From the NCBI GenBank assembly GCA_013265495.1, contig MU058221.1, positions 5,936,066 to 5,974,883 on the forward strand: 38,818 nt of DNA. Direction: 5' to 3'. The position numbers and the translations under genes were made by a program. The notes under the pieces were generated by a model, which ran no database searches, was not told the origin of the DNA, and worked only from the letters and a program-made list of their open reading frames with translations. Position 1 is the first letter of the stretch. The number at the start of each line of letters is the position of its first letter. This DNA is from Vicugna vicugna. Lineage: Eukaryota. Below, in pieces: positions 11,201 to 22,734 of the stretch.

Positions 11201-11649
11201 GTGGGGGAAGGCGATGGTTATCTCCAATTTGCTGGAGTGAAAACAGGCTTAGGGACGAGAAGCCACCCGCCCAACGTCGAGGAGCAAGAAAATGAAGCGT
11301 GAATATGTGATTGGATGAAACACCAAATGAAAAGAGGACCCTCCCCTCCCAGGGTCCTGGGGGAGGGGGCCTTTCATTGTTCCATGGGGCCGGGGAAGGA
11401 GGAGGGCGGGAGGCCCGTGGGTGGAGGAGGGGAGAGGAAGGGGGAACAGGGCCCACCACAGAAGATGAAAAGAAGATTCTAGACTTCAGAGCACACTCGG
11501 GGGTGCTTTCTTGTGCTCCTTTCCCAAAGCCTCCTCTTGACCTTACTGTAAATGCAATGCTACGTCCTGCGTTTCCATTAGCTGCTTGCTTATTCAGTCT
11601 CTTACGATATCTTTATGACTACGATTGATGAGCTTTGAATAACTGTCTG

Positions 11650-13700
11650 CCAAGTCAATGGACCACAATTTGTTAAAATTTCCTCTTGTGAATCGTGTAC
11701 GTTGGCTTGAAATTTCTAAAATACATACACAGCACTGTTAAATAATGCGAATAACACCAAGAGCAGCCTTTCCTGAGGACTGAGCTCCGGACTGGCTTTC
11801 AAAGGTCTGAGCAGTTTCTTCGGGCCCTATAGCTTTGACCCTCCATGGTGCCTAAGGGGTCTGCAGGCCTGGTGCAGGCTGGGTGATGGGCTTATAAAGC
11901 CAAACAAAGAGCAACTCTAAAATGGTGACTTTCTGTCCCGGGACAGAACCAGGACAACGATGCATCTGTGCTGTTAAGTGAACTTGTTCCTCGTCCCAAA
12001 CAGCTGCTGGACGGGGGAGGGGCCGCCCTACATAACGTCCCCACATAAAAGCCGCAGGTGTGCAGGTGGCACCCAGAGTGGCAGCAGCTCTGCCTGGCTC
12101 CCCTTGCTCGTGGGGGGCTACTGCCTGCCTCAAGCGTCCCCCCCACCCCTCCTTGGGCCATTCCCTTTACCTTCCTTTGGGAAAGAGTCCAAGGTACAGG
12201 GATTCTTGCACATTTCAATCTGGCCCCATCTGGGGCACAGCCCCAGAGTTTGTAACTGTCACAGCAAACCCCAGGCCCGCAAAGACAGAGGCTTGTGGCT
12301 GGTTTGCGGTCGCTGTGATCAGCTGTGATCACACTGGAGGCAGAATCGACTCTTCCAGGTGGGAAAGCTGAGCACTAGGGGTGATGTCCTGAGGCCCTGA
12401 GGCTGCCCCCACCCTGGGAGCCTGGGCTCCAGCCAACTCTGCCTCCTTCTGGCTGATGCCTTGGGAAGAAACCGACAGAAAATTCACGGGAGAAGAAAAG
12501 TGCTGCAATGCCATCTCCAAGTCTGAACGGTCAGCAGACCTAAACCAAGGCCTGGGAGCTTTCCAGAAAGGGCCATCTCCTTCCTGGGCCACTAACCTCC
12601 TGCTCATCCACCTCTACTGCCCTCCCCTGACCGTATCAGGCTGAGTGACTCAGCATGTGCCTGATAGCCACCCCTTAAGACACTCCGTGGAGAACAGCCA
12701 TGACCCTGTCCTCAGGGAGGGGACACAGCCGGTCATAAACAGGAGCATGTACCTGAGTGTGCGGACATTGTCGGCTGGAGCTCTTGGCGGAAAACATCCA
12801 AGACAGCCCCTCTCCCCTCCACTCTGATGGATATGCAGACCCAGCAGACGAGGCGCCGTGTTTTTAGGTGGTTTTTTAGAAAGGCTCATTTATCTCCTAT
12901 TGATGTGCCCTTGAAAACGCAGGAGGAAGTGTGGTCTTGTGGGGAGGGAGCGCTGTGCCGGCAGCCCTCGGCCTGCGACACCTTCTTAGCTCTAGACTGG
13001 TTGTTGGAGGCGTCCATCTGGGCCACGGCCGCGAAGAGGCGGTCACATCTGCCCCCTGCTCAGCCAGTGACACCTCCCGGGTGGTGTGACAGGGTAACGG
13101 ACTTATAAAGCCAATGTGCTCCTCCCAATAAACAAAGCAAAACAAAGAGCAGCTCGAAAATGGTGACTTTCTGGCAAACAGTGGAATATTCAGAGAATCT
13201 GTGACAGGTGTGGGTTTGTACATGAAGAGGAGACAGGAACCGGTGATCCGTTCGTAGTGATACCATTGAAAGGTGCAGTGGTTCTGGGCTGGGGGGACCC
13301 CAACAGGCATACTGGAAAAGCAGACGGCTCAGGAAGGGTGACGACTAAAAATGCCCACTTCCTTAAATGGAGGAGAGCAGGTTCGAGGTTATTCCTATGA
13401 AATGTAGCATCACTTGTTCACTTGCGTTGTCGCAGGATCCCTTGAGTGGGCTAGAAAGGGGTGGAATGACAGCTGGCACACGGCGAGTCAGCCAAGGAAA
13501 TGGTCACACGTGGGCACCACTGTGAATTTTGTGGAAGCAAAGAGTCATCATGGTGCATTAGTGGTTCAAAACTGCAGTCACGTGCAAGTCATTGAGAAGA
13601 CTTGCTTCGGGAAGCTTGCTTTGGGAGAAAACCCCTTTCTGGTAGAATTAGTTCCTTGTGAAGTAGGTTGACCAGAGAATGAGGTCCACGTCACAGGAGG
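11650..13700. promoter_or_regulatory. Candidate CD8 locus T-cell enhancer (E8-type; which element is uncertain)
   Basis: Largely repeat-free block. RUNX sites (ACCACA 11662, TGCGGT 12305, TGTGGT 12930), adjacent ETS+RUNX AGGAAGTGTGGT 12924-12935, TGACTCAGCA 12646-12655, TCF/SOX-type AACAAAG sites and E-boxes. It lies between CD8B and CD8A, where E8 enhancers are known in mouse. Confidence 0.5.
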
Positions 13701-14799
13701 TATTGAAGTATGGGGTGGATGAGCACTGGGCAGGGTTGTTGTAAAGCGTGTTCAAGTTTGATTTTGGAAGCTGAATTAGATAGGCTTTAAGATCCTTTCC
13801 CAACAGAGAGGTTTATAACTCTAAAGGATCAGGTTTTACCAGTTGCAAAGATTTTTGAATTTTAGCTGCAGTTTACTGCTGCTTTGGCCACAACCAGGGT
13901 AGAGAAAAAACCCGCAGGACGCCTTCTATGCAGGGAACGTGAGCTCTGGGGCTTTGTATAGTGGTGAAACGAGGTAAACTTGTGCAGGACCCAAGGTTAT
14001 ACTGCTCTGGCTCTTGTCCCCTTGGGTTGGGGTGGGGACAGGGCATCTGACCGGGCAGCACTGGGCGGTGGTTGTATTTGGGTAAAGTCCTAGCTCTGCC
14101 GTTTGCTTTCCAGCCTGGTGACTTGGTGGAATTTAGGCTTAGCGTCCTGGTTATAAACTAGCAGGAATGCATATGTGCATAAGTGGTTAGATGAGACAAT
14201 GTAGGTAAAGCAAGCACATAATAAATGCTTAATAAGTAGAGATGGTGGCGGGCAACTGAGAGCCAGTGTCAGCACACTATGTGTGAAGATATGGTCATGT
14301 GGTCACTTTAAATTTTTAGTGAGGCTGGAGGCGGGCAACCCTTCTCCGAAAACAAGTAGAAATATGTGCATCTGTGTGGTCAGGTCCACAGCAACTTTTT
14401 AAAATAGATGTAGAAAGCAGCTAACCTCATTTATAGACTGGAAAATTTAAATTTATTTTTACTCTGTTTTGTTTGATGATGATTTTCTTCCTCTTGGAGG
14501 AGATCTTGCAGCTGCAGGGGACGCTGATGTTGAACTCATTTTGGGGGGTGAGATGCCTTTCTGATGGCCCTGGACACAGAGACATGAACCCCTCAGGGTG
14601 GCTGGGGATGGCGGGCCTGCCATGTTCAGAGCCAACGTGCAAGTGTGAAGCTCTGTATGTGTTAAAGTATGTTTAAAATAGTCCTGTTTTAAATATGTGT
14701 GTTTCAAATAGTTACTGCCTGAAAAACATCCTTTTCTTTTTTTCAAAGTCGTGTGTCTTTTTAGAGAAAATCTAGGCTTTAGCAAAGCCAAGAGAGGAG

Positions 14800-15959
14800 G
14801 GAAAAAAAATCTTCATACAAGTCTATCCCCAAAGATATAATCGGCAACCTCTGGCAGGTCACCTTCCAGATCCTCTCACTTAAAAAAGGGGCCAGATTCT
14901 GGTTGCTCTGATAACATTTCACAGCTTTTTAAAACCTTTTTTTAAACAGTAATCCTTTGTCATTATACATTCTCCTCACATGTAATTTTTTTTCAACATG
15001 GAAATTATTTTCTTGTTTTGTCTGGCGATAAATGTCATTCACAGATGGAAGCAAAGCATATGCATAAACAAGAAGCTGAAAGCGCCAGTAATCTGTCACC
15101 TCCCCGACCCCTGTAGCAGAGTGGACATTCTAGCTCAGACTCTTATACTGTTTTTTCTAATGCGTGTTTCTTACACGCAGATAATTTCCCTGCCTGCCAA
15201 GTTTGGATTCATAGAACATCTAATGTTTCCTAACCTGCTTTTTAAATTTAAAAATACATTGTGAGTATCTTTCCAGTTATTAAGCATTCTTGTGTAGCAT
15301 TGTTATAAGGGCTCTCATCATGTTGTGTGGATGTATTTTTTTACTGCGCTGGTGGGTACTTAGGTATTTAGCATGTTTTCAATACGCTCACAATAATGTG
15401 ATGCAGGTCTCTGCCATTAATAATACCTATGCGTAACCACAATAACCTTTTCATGATAAATTCGTTGGAGTGTAATTGCTGGGTCAAGGAAACACGCACG
15501 ACTTTACGGCTTTTGATACACAGGTCCAAGCCACGTTTCACAGCGGTGGCCCCAGCCTGCACTCCCCGTGATGGAATATACTAATGAGCTCATTTATCAA
15601 TACTCTCATCTATCTGAAATAGTATATTCTGGTATAATATGGTAAAATGCATTTTAAAAGTGAATTCCTTTTTTTGTTATTGTTTAAACAACTCCAATTT
15701 GTATTAAAAACAAGTTTGTCTTTAATTTTTATTACAGTTTATTATTGATTAAATCACTGACCTTCTGGTTTCTTTCTTTCAGTGTGTTTAAAAAAAAAAT
15801 TCACTTACTGAAACCACCTGGAATTCCTTTTGGTGTAAGATATGGAGGACTAACACTTACTTTTTCCCAAATAGTCAGTTGTCTCGGCACCCTTCATTAT
15901 AGAATTCATTCTTTCCCTGTGCATGTGAACGCTACTTGTAGCATGTAATCCATATATTC
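14800..15959 (-). mobile_element. Old LINE-1 (L1ME-like) fragments
   Basis: tgtaattgctgggtcaagga..., cacctggaattccttttggtgtaagatatgg..., ttttttcccaaatagtcagttgtctcggcacc, typical of antisense old L1. Confidence 0.55.
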
Positions 15960-16497
15960 TGTTAGTGGATGGAGGGGCTCCCAAATTGGAAAGCCCGCAA
16001 GATGTGTGGGTCCTTGCCTGCCGGCTGAGAAAGAATTCTCGATAGAGGTAGAGAGACAAAGTTAAAAAAAAAAAGCTGCTTTTATTGCTCAGAGAGAGAG
16101 GAAAAGTAAACACTTGAGTGGGGAGCCGACAGCCCAGGGGCTGGTCAAGACAGAACCAGCCCCAGAAGTGGCCACAGGGTCTTTTACTGGAAGGCTCTGC
16201 CATCGTTAGCTTCATTCCAGTGGTGCCAGTCCCCTGTTACCAGCTCTTTCCTCCCGTGGAGCCCATCCCTAAAACAGGAGCTGCAGTGGGAGGAAGCGAA
16301 CAAAGAAAGAGATGCTGGGGTGTGTCCTGAAGTAATGCAGCAGCTGTGGGACATAAACTGTCCTGCTGTAGGACTAGGTCCTTGGAGCCAAGGACCCAGC
16401 TGTGGGATAAGAGAAATGTCCTGTTTTTCACAGCCTGGCACTTTCTTCCCCTAGTTAATCAGCCAGGGTCAGCTAGCCTGTCTGATCACCTCTCTCA
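15960..16497 (-). mobile_element. ERV1-class solo LTR (538 bp)
   Basis: TG...CA termini. Minus-strand AATAAA at 16086-16081 followed by a U5-like CT-rich segment. Near-perfect 4-bp TSD ATTC/GTTC (15956-15959 and 16498-16501). L1-like sequence continues on both sides. Confidence 0.75.
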
Positions 16498-17759
16498 GTT
16501 CTGCTGGGCTCTGTTCTTGAATCACTTTATTTTAATTATTGGAACCAGTCGCCGTGAATTGACCAGTGTGTGTCTGGTAGCTGCTAATCCCACTGGGAGG
16601 GAGAGGCTCTTGCCCCTGAGAAAGAAAGCGTTTCTGATTCTAAAAAGATGGGTGAGTCACATTCTTACATCTCTGCAGTTTTTCCCCCTATTGGGACAGA
16701 AGGGTGGGAAAAACAGGCCTTCACAGAGAGAAAGCAGGAATCCAGAATTCAGAACACAGCCGCCGACCGGTAACAAAGCTTGTGTGGAAACTTAAGCTCC
16801 CCCTGCCCCAAAGGTAGCATGTGGTCCCGGTGAAAACTGACCATCAGCCTCTGGGATTCTGACACTTTGACAAGTCAGCCCAGCTCTGGGACCCTGATGA
16901 GAAATCAAAAACTAAGACTTCGGGGAAAGTGAAGGAAGTTGAGTTCTCAACCTTTTAGAAAAATTAATAAAATTTTTAAATGATCACAGAGCCAGGTCTC
17001 AGGAAGTCAGTAACTTCATTATACCTATGCTGGAAAAGGCATCTTTTTAAATGCAGGAGCTAGTAATATGTTCAGCTACTGCAATAACAAATTCTATTTC
17101 TGTGGGAAAAAACACAGATGAGTGGAAATTGTGCTCTCTCATCTCACTGTGCATCTGAGCGACCTGGGTGTTCACACCACGAACCCACAGCCGGAGCGGC
17201 ATAGCGCATCTGGGGAGGTGAATTGTCATTTTCGGCAAATAGAAAGGAGAAAATAAATTACCTGGAGTGATTGGAAAACTAAAAAGGGCAAGTAAGAGGC
17301 GACATTGTATCAAATAGGATGAAGGACACAGAAACATACATTTTACAGGCACCAAATGAGCCGGCTGGGGGATGCAGAGGGCCAGCGGGGGCTGTGCCGC
17401 TGTGAGCTGCCCGTCTTCTCCACCCTCCATCCCACTGCTGGTTTGCCACACTCACTGCTCCCTTTGTGCATATAGCTCTGTAAGCTGCCCCCCATCCTGT
17501 TTTGCACTGGGCAGTGCAGGAATAAATAAAAACATTGATTCTGAAGTGCTTCCTGATGTATTGTGAAATTAAATTTTAACAGTCAATTTAATTAAAATAA
17601 AAAGAGGGCTACTTTTGTTTAATCCCTCATCACTTAAATGAAACTAGTTCCTAGTTCCTCTTCTAGTGCTTTTCAGCATTCGTGCCCAGCGTTGGCGGTC
17701 GGGGCTGTGTCCCTCGCCTCCTTATGCTCAGCGGTAGACACGTACGTGGAGGGTTTTCT

Positions 17760-18240
17760 GTGGGTCTTCATTTGCTTTGCAGAAATAGGATCATATTTTA
17801 AATCCTTCCCTGCATCCTGCTTTTCCTAAGGACCCCTGGCAATCTCACCAAAGCATTCTTTTAAGTCGTTCTTTTGATGGTTGCATGATACTTTAGGGTG
17901 AGGATTGATCACAGTTTAGTGATTCCCTACTAATTAACTTGGGGTTGTTTCCGGCTTTTATTTTGCCCAAACAAATAAGATTGAAATGATTATCTTTGTG
18001 TATTTATTCTTATGTAATAATGCTTCTGCTTTATAGGGGACCTGTTCGCACGGGAGCTGAGTTAGCATGTGATTTACATCAGGCGTTCCTAGATACTGCC
18101 AAACTGCTTTCCAGAAGGCTGGAGGCTCTCACAGTACCATCAGCAGCCCCTGTGAGGTGGTCCACATTCTCTCCAGCAGTGAGTGGTGTCTTGCTTTTGA
18201 CGTATTCACCCAGTGACATTTGTGTGTAAATGATGGGTTT
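17760..18240 (-). mobile_element. Old LINE-1 (L1ME-like) fragment
   Basis: tggggttgtttccggctttt...agatactgccaaactgctttccagaagg..., typical of an antisense L1 ORF2 end. Confidence 0.5.
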
Positions 18241-20203
18241 CCATTTTTCTGCGAAACGTTTTCATAACCTCCACTGACCAAGTCACAAGTCATCCTCTGA
18301 AGGTGAAATTTTGGTGTAGAGGTTTTGGCAGGAGACTGAGAACAGATGAATCAACCTTCTTGCCTTAAACACATAGATACACTCAAAGAGCTTAATTTAG
18401 TTTGGATGCTAAAAGCAGGGCAAGGAAGCGGGTGGGGAGCTTTTGTGTCTCACCAGCAGGCTCTGATCAGGCTCAGATGTGAGACAGCTGTCCTTTGGAA
18501 GGTCCTGACTGTCACCATAATCAGGGCTGGTTTACAAGGCAAGCATTCTGTCCCATCACTTGCCACACACAGGAGCACCCTCGCTCCGAAGTGACACGGA
18601 TAAAACCCCAATAGTGTGATTCCCTCTTCCGTGCTCAGCTCCTCATGCGCTGGCTGGGCTGGCAGAGTCCTGACAGAAGAAGATGTGAGGAGCCCTTAGG
18701 GGAAAGGCTGGCTGCTGTCTGAGCCCCGGCACTCTTGTCACTTCCTTCAGCCCCCTAGAGAGTGGGTGGGCCGCCGGGGATGGGGTTCTGAGTTTCTGGG
18801 GGTGGTGCAGGCTTTGAGTGGGGGTCCAGAAAAGGTTTTCCACAAGGGCCTGCTCATCCTGTGGAAGTCACCCTTCCTCCCATCCCCAAACCAAAACATC
18901 AGCGTGGCTGTAGGGAAGACGATGAGGTAGGAGGAAGGGACAACTCAGATTCCATTTTCTCCTGCCCCGAGGCCAGGTGTTCTCAAGCTGTCCCATCTTT
19001 TGTGCTGGGCGAGTCGCCCGGTGCTCTTTGCTCCCCAGGTCCCCGAAGCTTGACTGAGGCCTGGAGTGGGGTGAGCTGGAGGGACAGGAGTCACAGCCTC
19101 CCTCTTGCCTGGCCCGGCTCTCCCAGGCCAGCAGGTCTAGCCAAGCAGCCAGCTTGCGGCTCACAGGATGCTGAGGGGGTTGGGGGGTGGGGTGTGCTGG
19201 GGAGGGTGGGCCTCCGCCTCCCACCAACACTTCAAATCTTCCCCTCTTGCTTTGCCCCCACCCAACCGCAGAGACCTCCACAAAATCTGTGAGAGGCTGC
19301 AAAGCCTCCTGTCGGCGGAACACAGCCTTTTGGGAGGAGGCAGTTCATGCCTTCCGCCTGTGTTAACACAGGCTGGGTATTTACCTGTTGACTTCTTTGT
19401 CGTTTGTCCCAGGGCCGGCGTGAGGATGTGGCGAGTGAGTCCCCAAGGGCACTCACTCTGGGTGCCAAACAAGCACCAGCGCTGTGTCTGTGTCCCCGAG
19501 ATGATGTAAGCCCAGGGAATCAGGGACAGCGTCTGTTCACATGTTCGTGACAAGAACATGTAAAGTGCTCAGTTAGCATCTAATTTGTGGAGCGTGTGTT
19601 CTCCAGGCGGTCTGTCAGTTGTCCTCAGCAGAGTAAACATTAAAAGGTGGAGAAGTCAGTCCTCACTGCCTTGAGGGGCCCAGAAAGGTTGGGTTGGGAG
19701 CCAAGAGGAGAGGTGCTGAGGGGGCCAAGAGGGAGGGCGGCTGTCCCAGCTCACTGACCTGAGAGCAGCCTGCCTGCCGTGGACTCCGAGGACCTCCTAG
19801 GTGTTCATTCACGCAGACTTTGGCCGGGGGCTTGGGAATGCTGATCATGTGTGCAGATGGTGGGACAGGGCCAGAGGGCTCCCACAAGCCTTGGTCCCCC
19901 CACCCCCGACACCCGCCAACTCCAGGAAATGAGGGTTTGGCTAGACAAGAGGGAGCTGGGGCCTAGAAGGCTCTTTGGTAAGTGCGATGAGCAGGATGTG
20001 AGCCTGGAGGACTGAGTGTGCCCAGCGGCGGGGCACACGGAAGGTGCCCAAGTGAATATATTTGAACCCGCAGCCTAAGGAGCGGGGCGCTAACTGCAGG
20101 GAGAGGGGACAGTTGATTAGTTCACATAACTCGGGGACAGGACCAGAGATGCTCTGCAGTTAATAACATAGGAACAACAGCAACAAAATAATATATGAAC
20201 AGA

Positions 20204-20320
20204 GGGGAGGGTATAGCTCAGTGGTACAGGGCGTGCTTAGCACGTACAAGGCCTTGGGTTCAGTCGTTCAATCCCCAGCATCTCCGTTAATAACTAAATC
20301 AAATTATGTCCCCCCACCCC
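20204..20320 (+). mobile_element. Camelid Vic-1-type tRNA-derived SINE
   Basis: GGGGAGGGTATAGCTCAGTGGTACAGGGCGTGCTTAGCACGTACAAGGCCTTGGGTTCA...TTCAATCCCCAGCATCTCC, with TSD ATGAACAGAG at 20195-20204 and 20328-20337. Confidence 0.85.
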
Positions 20321-20429
20321 AATAATCATGAACAGAGACTTAGGCAGTTTGCATTCAAATTTAGAAGTCTAAGCTAAGCTCTAAGATGGGTACTCGCATG
20401 CAAAAGGCAGTAAGTTAATGGCAAAAAAC

Positions 20430-20960
20430 GCGACCCCGGAGAGCCAGGGATACGGCACAGGACCCGAAGTGCTGTATTCAGCACCCCTGCTTTGAGCTTG
20501 ATAAGAATCACACGTGCCACGCATGTTTCGTTGGCTCCCAAACCGACCCGGTCGGGGGGGATGCGGTTCCCTGCTGTCGGCGCCGTCACACTGGGTGATG
20601 CGGCTGGAGGTCTCCAGGACCCGGTGACTCGCGGCCACTGAGGAGTCCAGTGACGCACTGGGGAGGTTTCCCAAGAAGCGACAGAGGAGATCTCTTTCAT
20701 CCTCCACCCCTGGAAACGGGGCTCTGAAGACGGGGCTCTTCGCTCTTTCCCTTTGACTGGGTGGTAGATTCGGATCAGCTCGGCGGCCCACGTGGGGGCC
20801 GGGAATCACTTTCTGAAAACAGGCTGCTCACTTCCTACCGGCGGCGGGGAGGCACGCGGGCGGGGCGGGGCTGAGTCAGGATGAAAGGGAGTGGGCGCGG
20901 GAGCCCCTTCCTCCTTGGAACTCAGCCCCGCTGGGTGCCACACCTGCAGGCTGCTGCCCA
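20430..20960. promoter_or_regulatory. CpG-rich candidate regulatory element
   Basis: CpG-dense unique sequence with ETS CACTTCC (20829-20835), tandem GC boxes (20858-20870) and AP-1 TGAGTCA (20872-20878). Confidence 0.45.
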
Positions 20961-21204
20961 GAATCTTCCATCCTCGTTTCCCGCCGAGAGGAAGGGAGGG
21001 GAGGGGGCCAGCACTGCCCTAGACCCTTCTATCTGTGGTCGTTCAAGGCCGACAGCAACACGCAGAGGGAGAGACTACTGGAACTCCCATCGCAGAGGAA
21101 AGAACTGAGGCGGCGGGTTTATGACGCCCAGGGTCACACAGCGGTAGCGCTGGTCCTCGTTGTCCGGCTGCCTGCATCACAACGATTTCCACTGTACAGA
21201 TTTT

Positions 21205-21537
21205 TATTTTTTATTTATTGTTTCAATTATTTTGATACATATATATATTTTTTTACTGAAGTACAGTCAGTTTACAATGTTGTGTCAGTTTCTAGTGTAC
21301 AGCACAGTGCTTCAGTCATACATGAACATACATAGATTCGTTTTCATGTTCTTTTTCACCATAAGTTACTACAAGATATTGAACACAATTCCCCATGTTA
21401 TATGGTATAAACCTGTTGTTTATCTGTTTTATATATATTAGTTAGTATCTGCAAATCTCAACTCCCAGTTTATCCCTTCCCACCCCCTTCCCCCCTGGTA
21501 ACCATAAGTTCATTTTCCACATCTGTGATTCTGTTTC
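21205..21537 (-). mobile_element. LINE-1 3' end with TSD
   Basis: T-rich tail then actgaagtacagtcagtttacaatgttgtgtcagtttc...ccctggtaaccataagtt. TSD CCACTGT(AC/GT)AGATTTT at 21189-21204 and 21538-21553. Confidence 0.85.
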
Positions 21538-22384
21538 CCACTGTGTAGATTTTTAAAATCATGATCCATGAACAAATTCCTCATTGACACTGATTCCAGT
21601 TTTTTAATACAATAACCAGGGCCTCTTTTAAGACGCTGCTTCTTTTTTTCCCCCAAATGTTCTTTATTCCCCCCCCCCCAGTTATAAAAGAATAAGATGA
21701 TTGTCATAAAAAATTCACACAACACAGAAATGTACACACAGAAATGGACGTTCCCCAGAGTAACTGCCATTGACAGCTTGGAGTATATCCTTCCACACCT
21801 TTTTCTACTCAAATAGGAACAAATAGGTCCAGAGGCCTTGATACATTATTAGAAGAAAAAAGAAAACCGAACAATAAGATTCAATTTTCTGTATCCTATA
21901 TCTTTTGTATTATATGTTGTATTTTGTAAGATTTCAATTTTCTGCTTAAAAAGTACATGCAGGAAAAATCTGGAAGAACAAGAAACTTTTAAATGCCGAT
22001 TTTGCACATTTCTGCAATGTTCTGTGCTTGGATTTTTAAAATATCTCCAAGTATAGAAGTATAATGAAGTGTAATGTGTATCTATTTCCATAGCCATCCG
22101 TGAGGGGTGACCTCATGACTGCATAACTCTGACTTTTCACAAACTGAACACACATGGAGAAGCAGAACACTCCCACCCCAAACCTCGTGATCATTCCTAC
22201 ACCATGGGTACCCATATCCTGACTTCTCACTTACATAGACTTTTTGTCTATTTAAAAAATCTGTGCTTGAATTTTAACAGTGACGACGTATTGCATTTAA
22301 AATGAGAATATTCAGTTTATGCCAGTTATAAAATTCTGGTTTTTGAAGTGAAAAAAAAAAGGGAATGAAGGGCTGAAAATGGCA

Positions 22385-22550
22385 AAATATTCTTCTTCTT
22401 ATGGGTGAGCTGTATTCCATTACATATATAAGCTGCATCTTCTTCATCCATTCATCTATTGATGTGCACTGAGGATGCTTCCATATCTTGGCACTTCTAA
22501 ATAATGCTGCTGTTAATAGCGGGGTGTATGTATCTCTTTGAATTAATTCT
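22385..22550 (-). mobile_element. LINE-1 fragment
   Basis: tattccattacatatataagctgcatcttcttcatccattcatctattgatgtgcactgaggatgcttccatatcttggc. Confidence 0.75.
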
Positions 22551-22608
22551 AATTTTGTGGTTGGCTTTATTCCTTTGATAACTGTGTAAGTTTAAAAAGC
22601 TAAAGCTT

Positions 22609-22734
22609 GGGGGAAGGTGTAGCTCAGTGGTAGAGCACATGCTTAGCATGCACAAGGTCCTGGGTTCAATCCCCAGTACCTTCGCTAAAAGAAAGGTTAA
22701 TTTAAAACTAAGTAAGTAGACCTAATTACCCCCC
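22609..22734 (+). mobile_element. Camelid Vic-1-type tRNA-derived SINE
   Basis: GGGGGAAGGTGTAGCTCAGTGGTAGAGCACATGCTTAGCATGCACAAGGTCCTGGGTTCAATCCCCAGTACC, with A- and B-boxes and a perfect 15-bp TSD TAAAAAGCTAAAGCT (22593-22607 and 22735-22749). Confidence 0.92.

Noticed and set aside
22609..22685. tRNA gene
   Set aside because: It has A/B boxes but also a SINE tail and TSD, with diverged multiple copies in the window. It is a SINE, not a tRNA gene.
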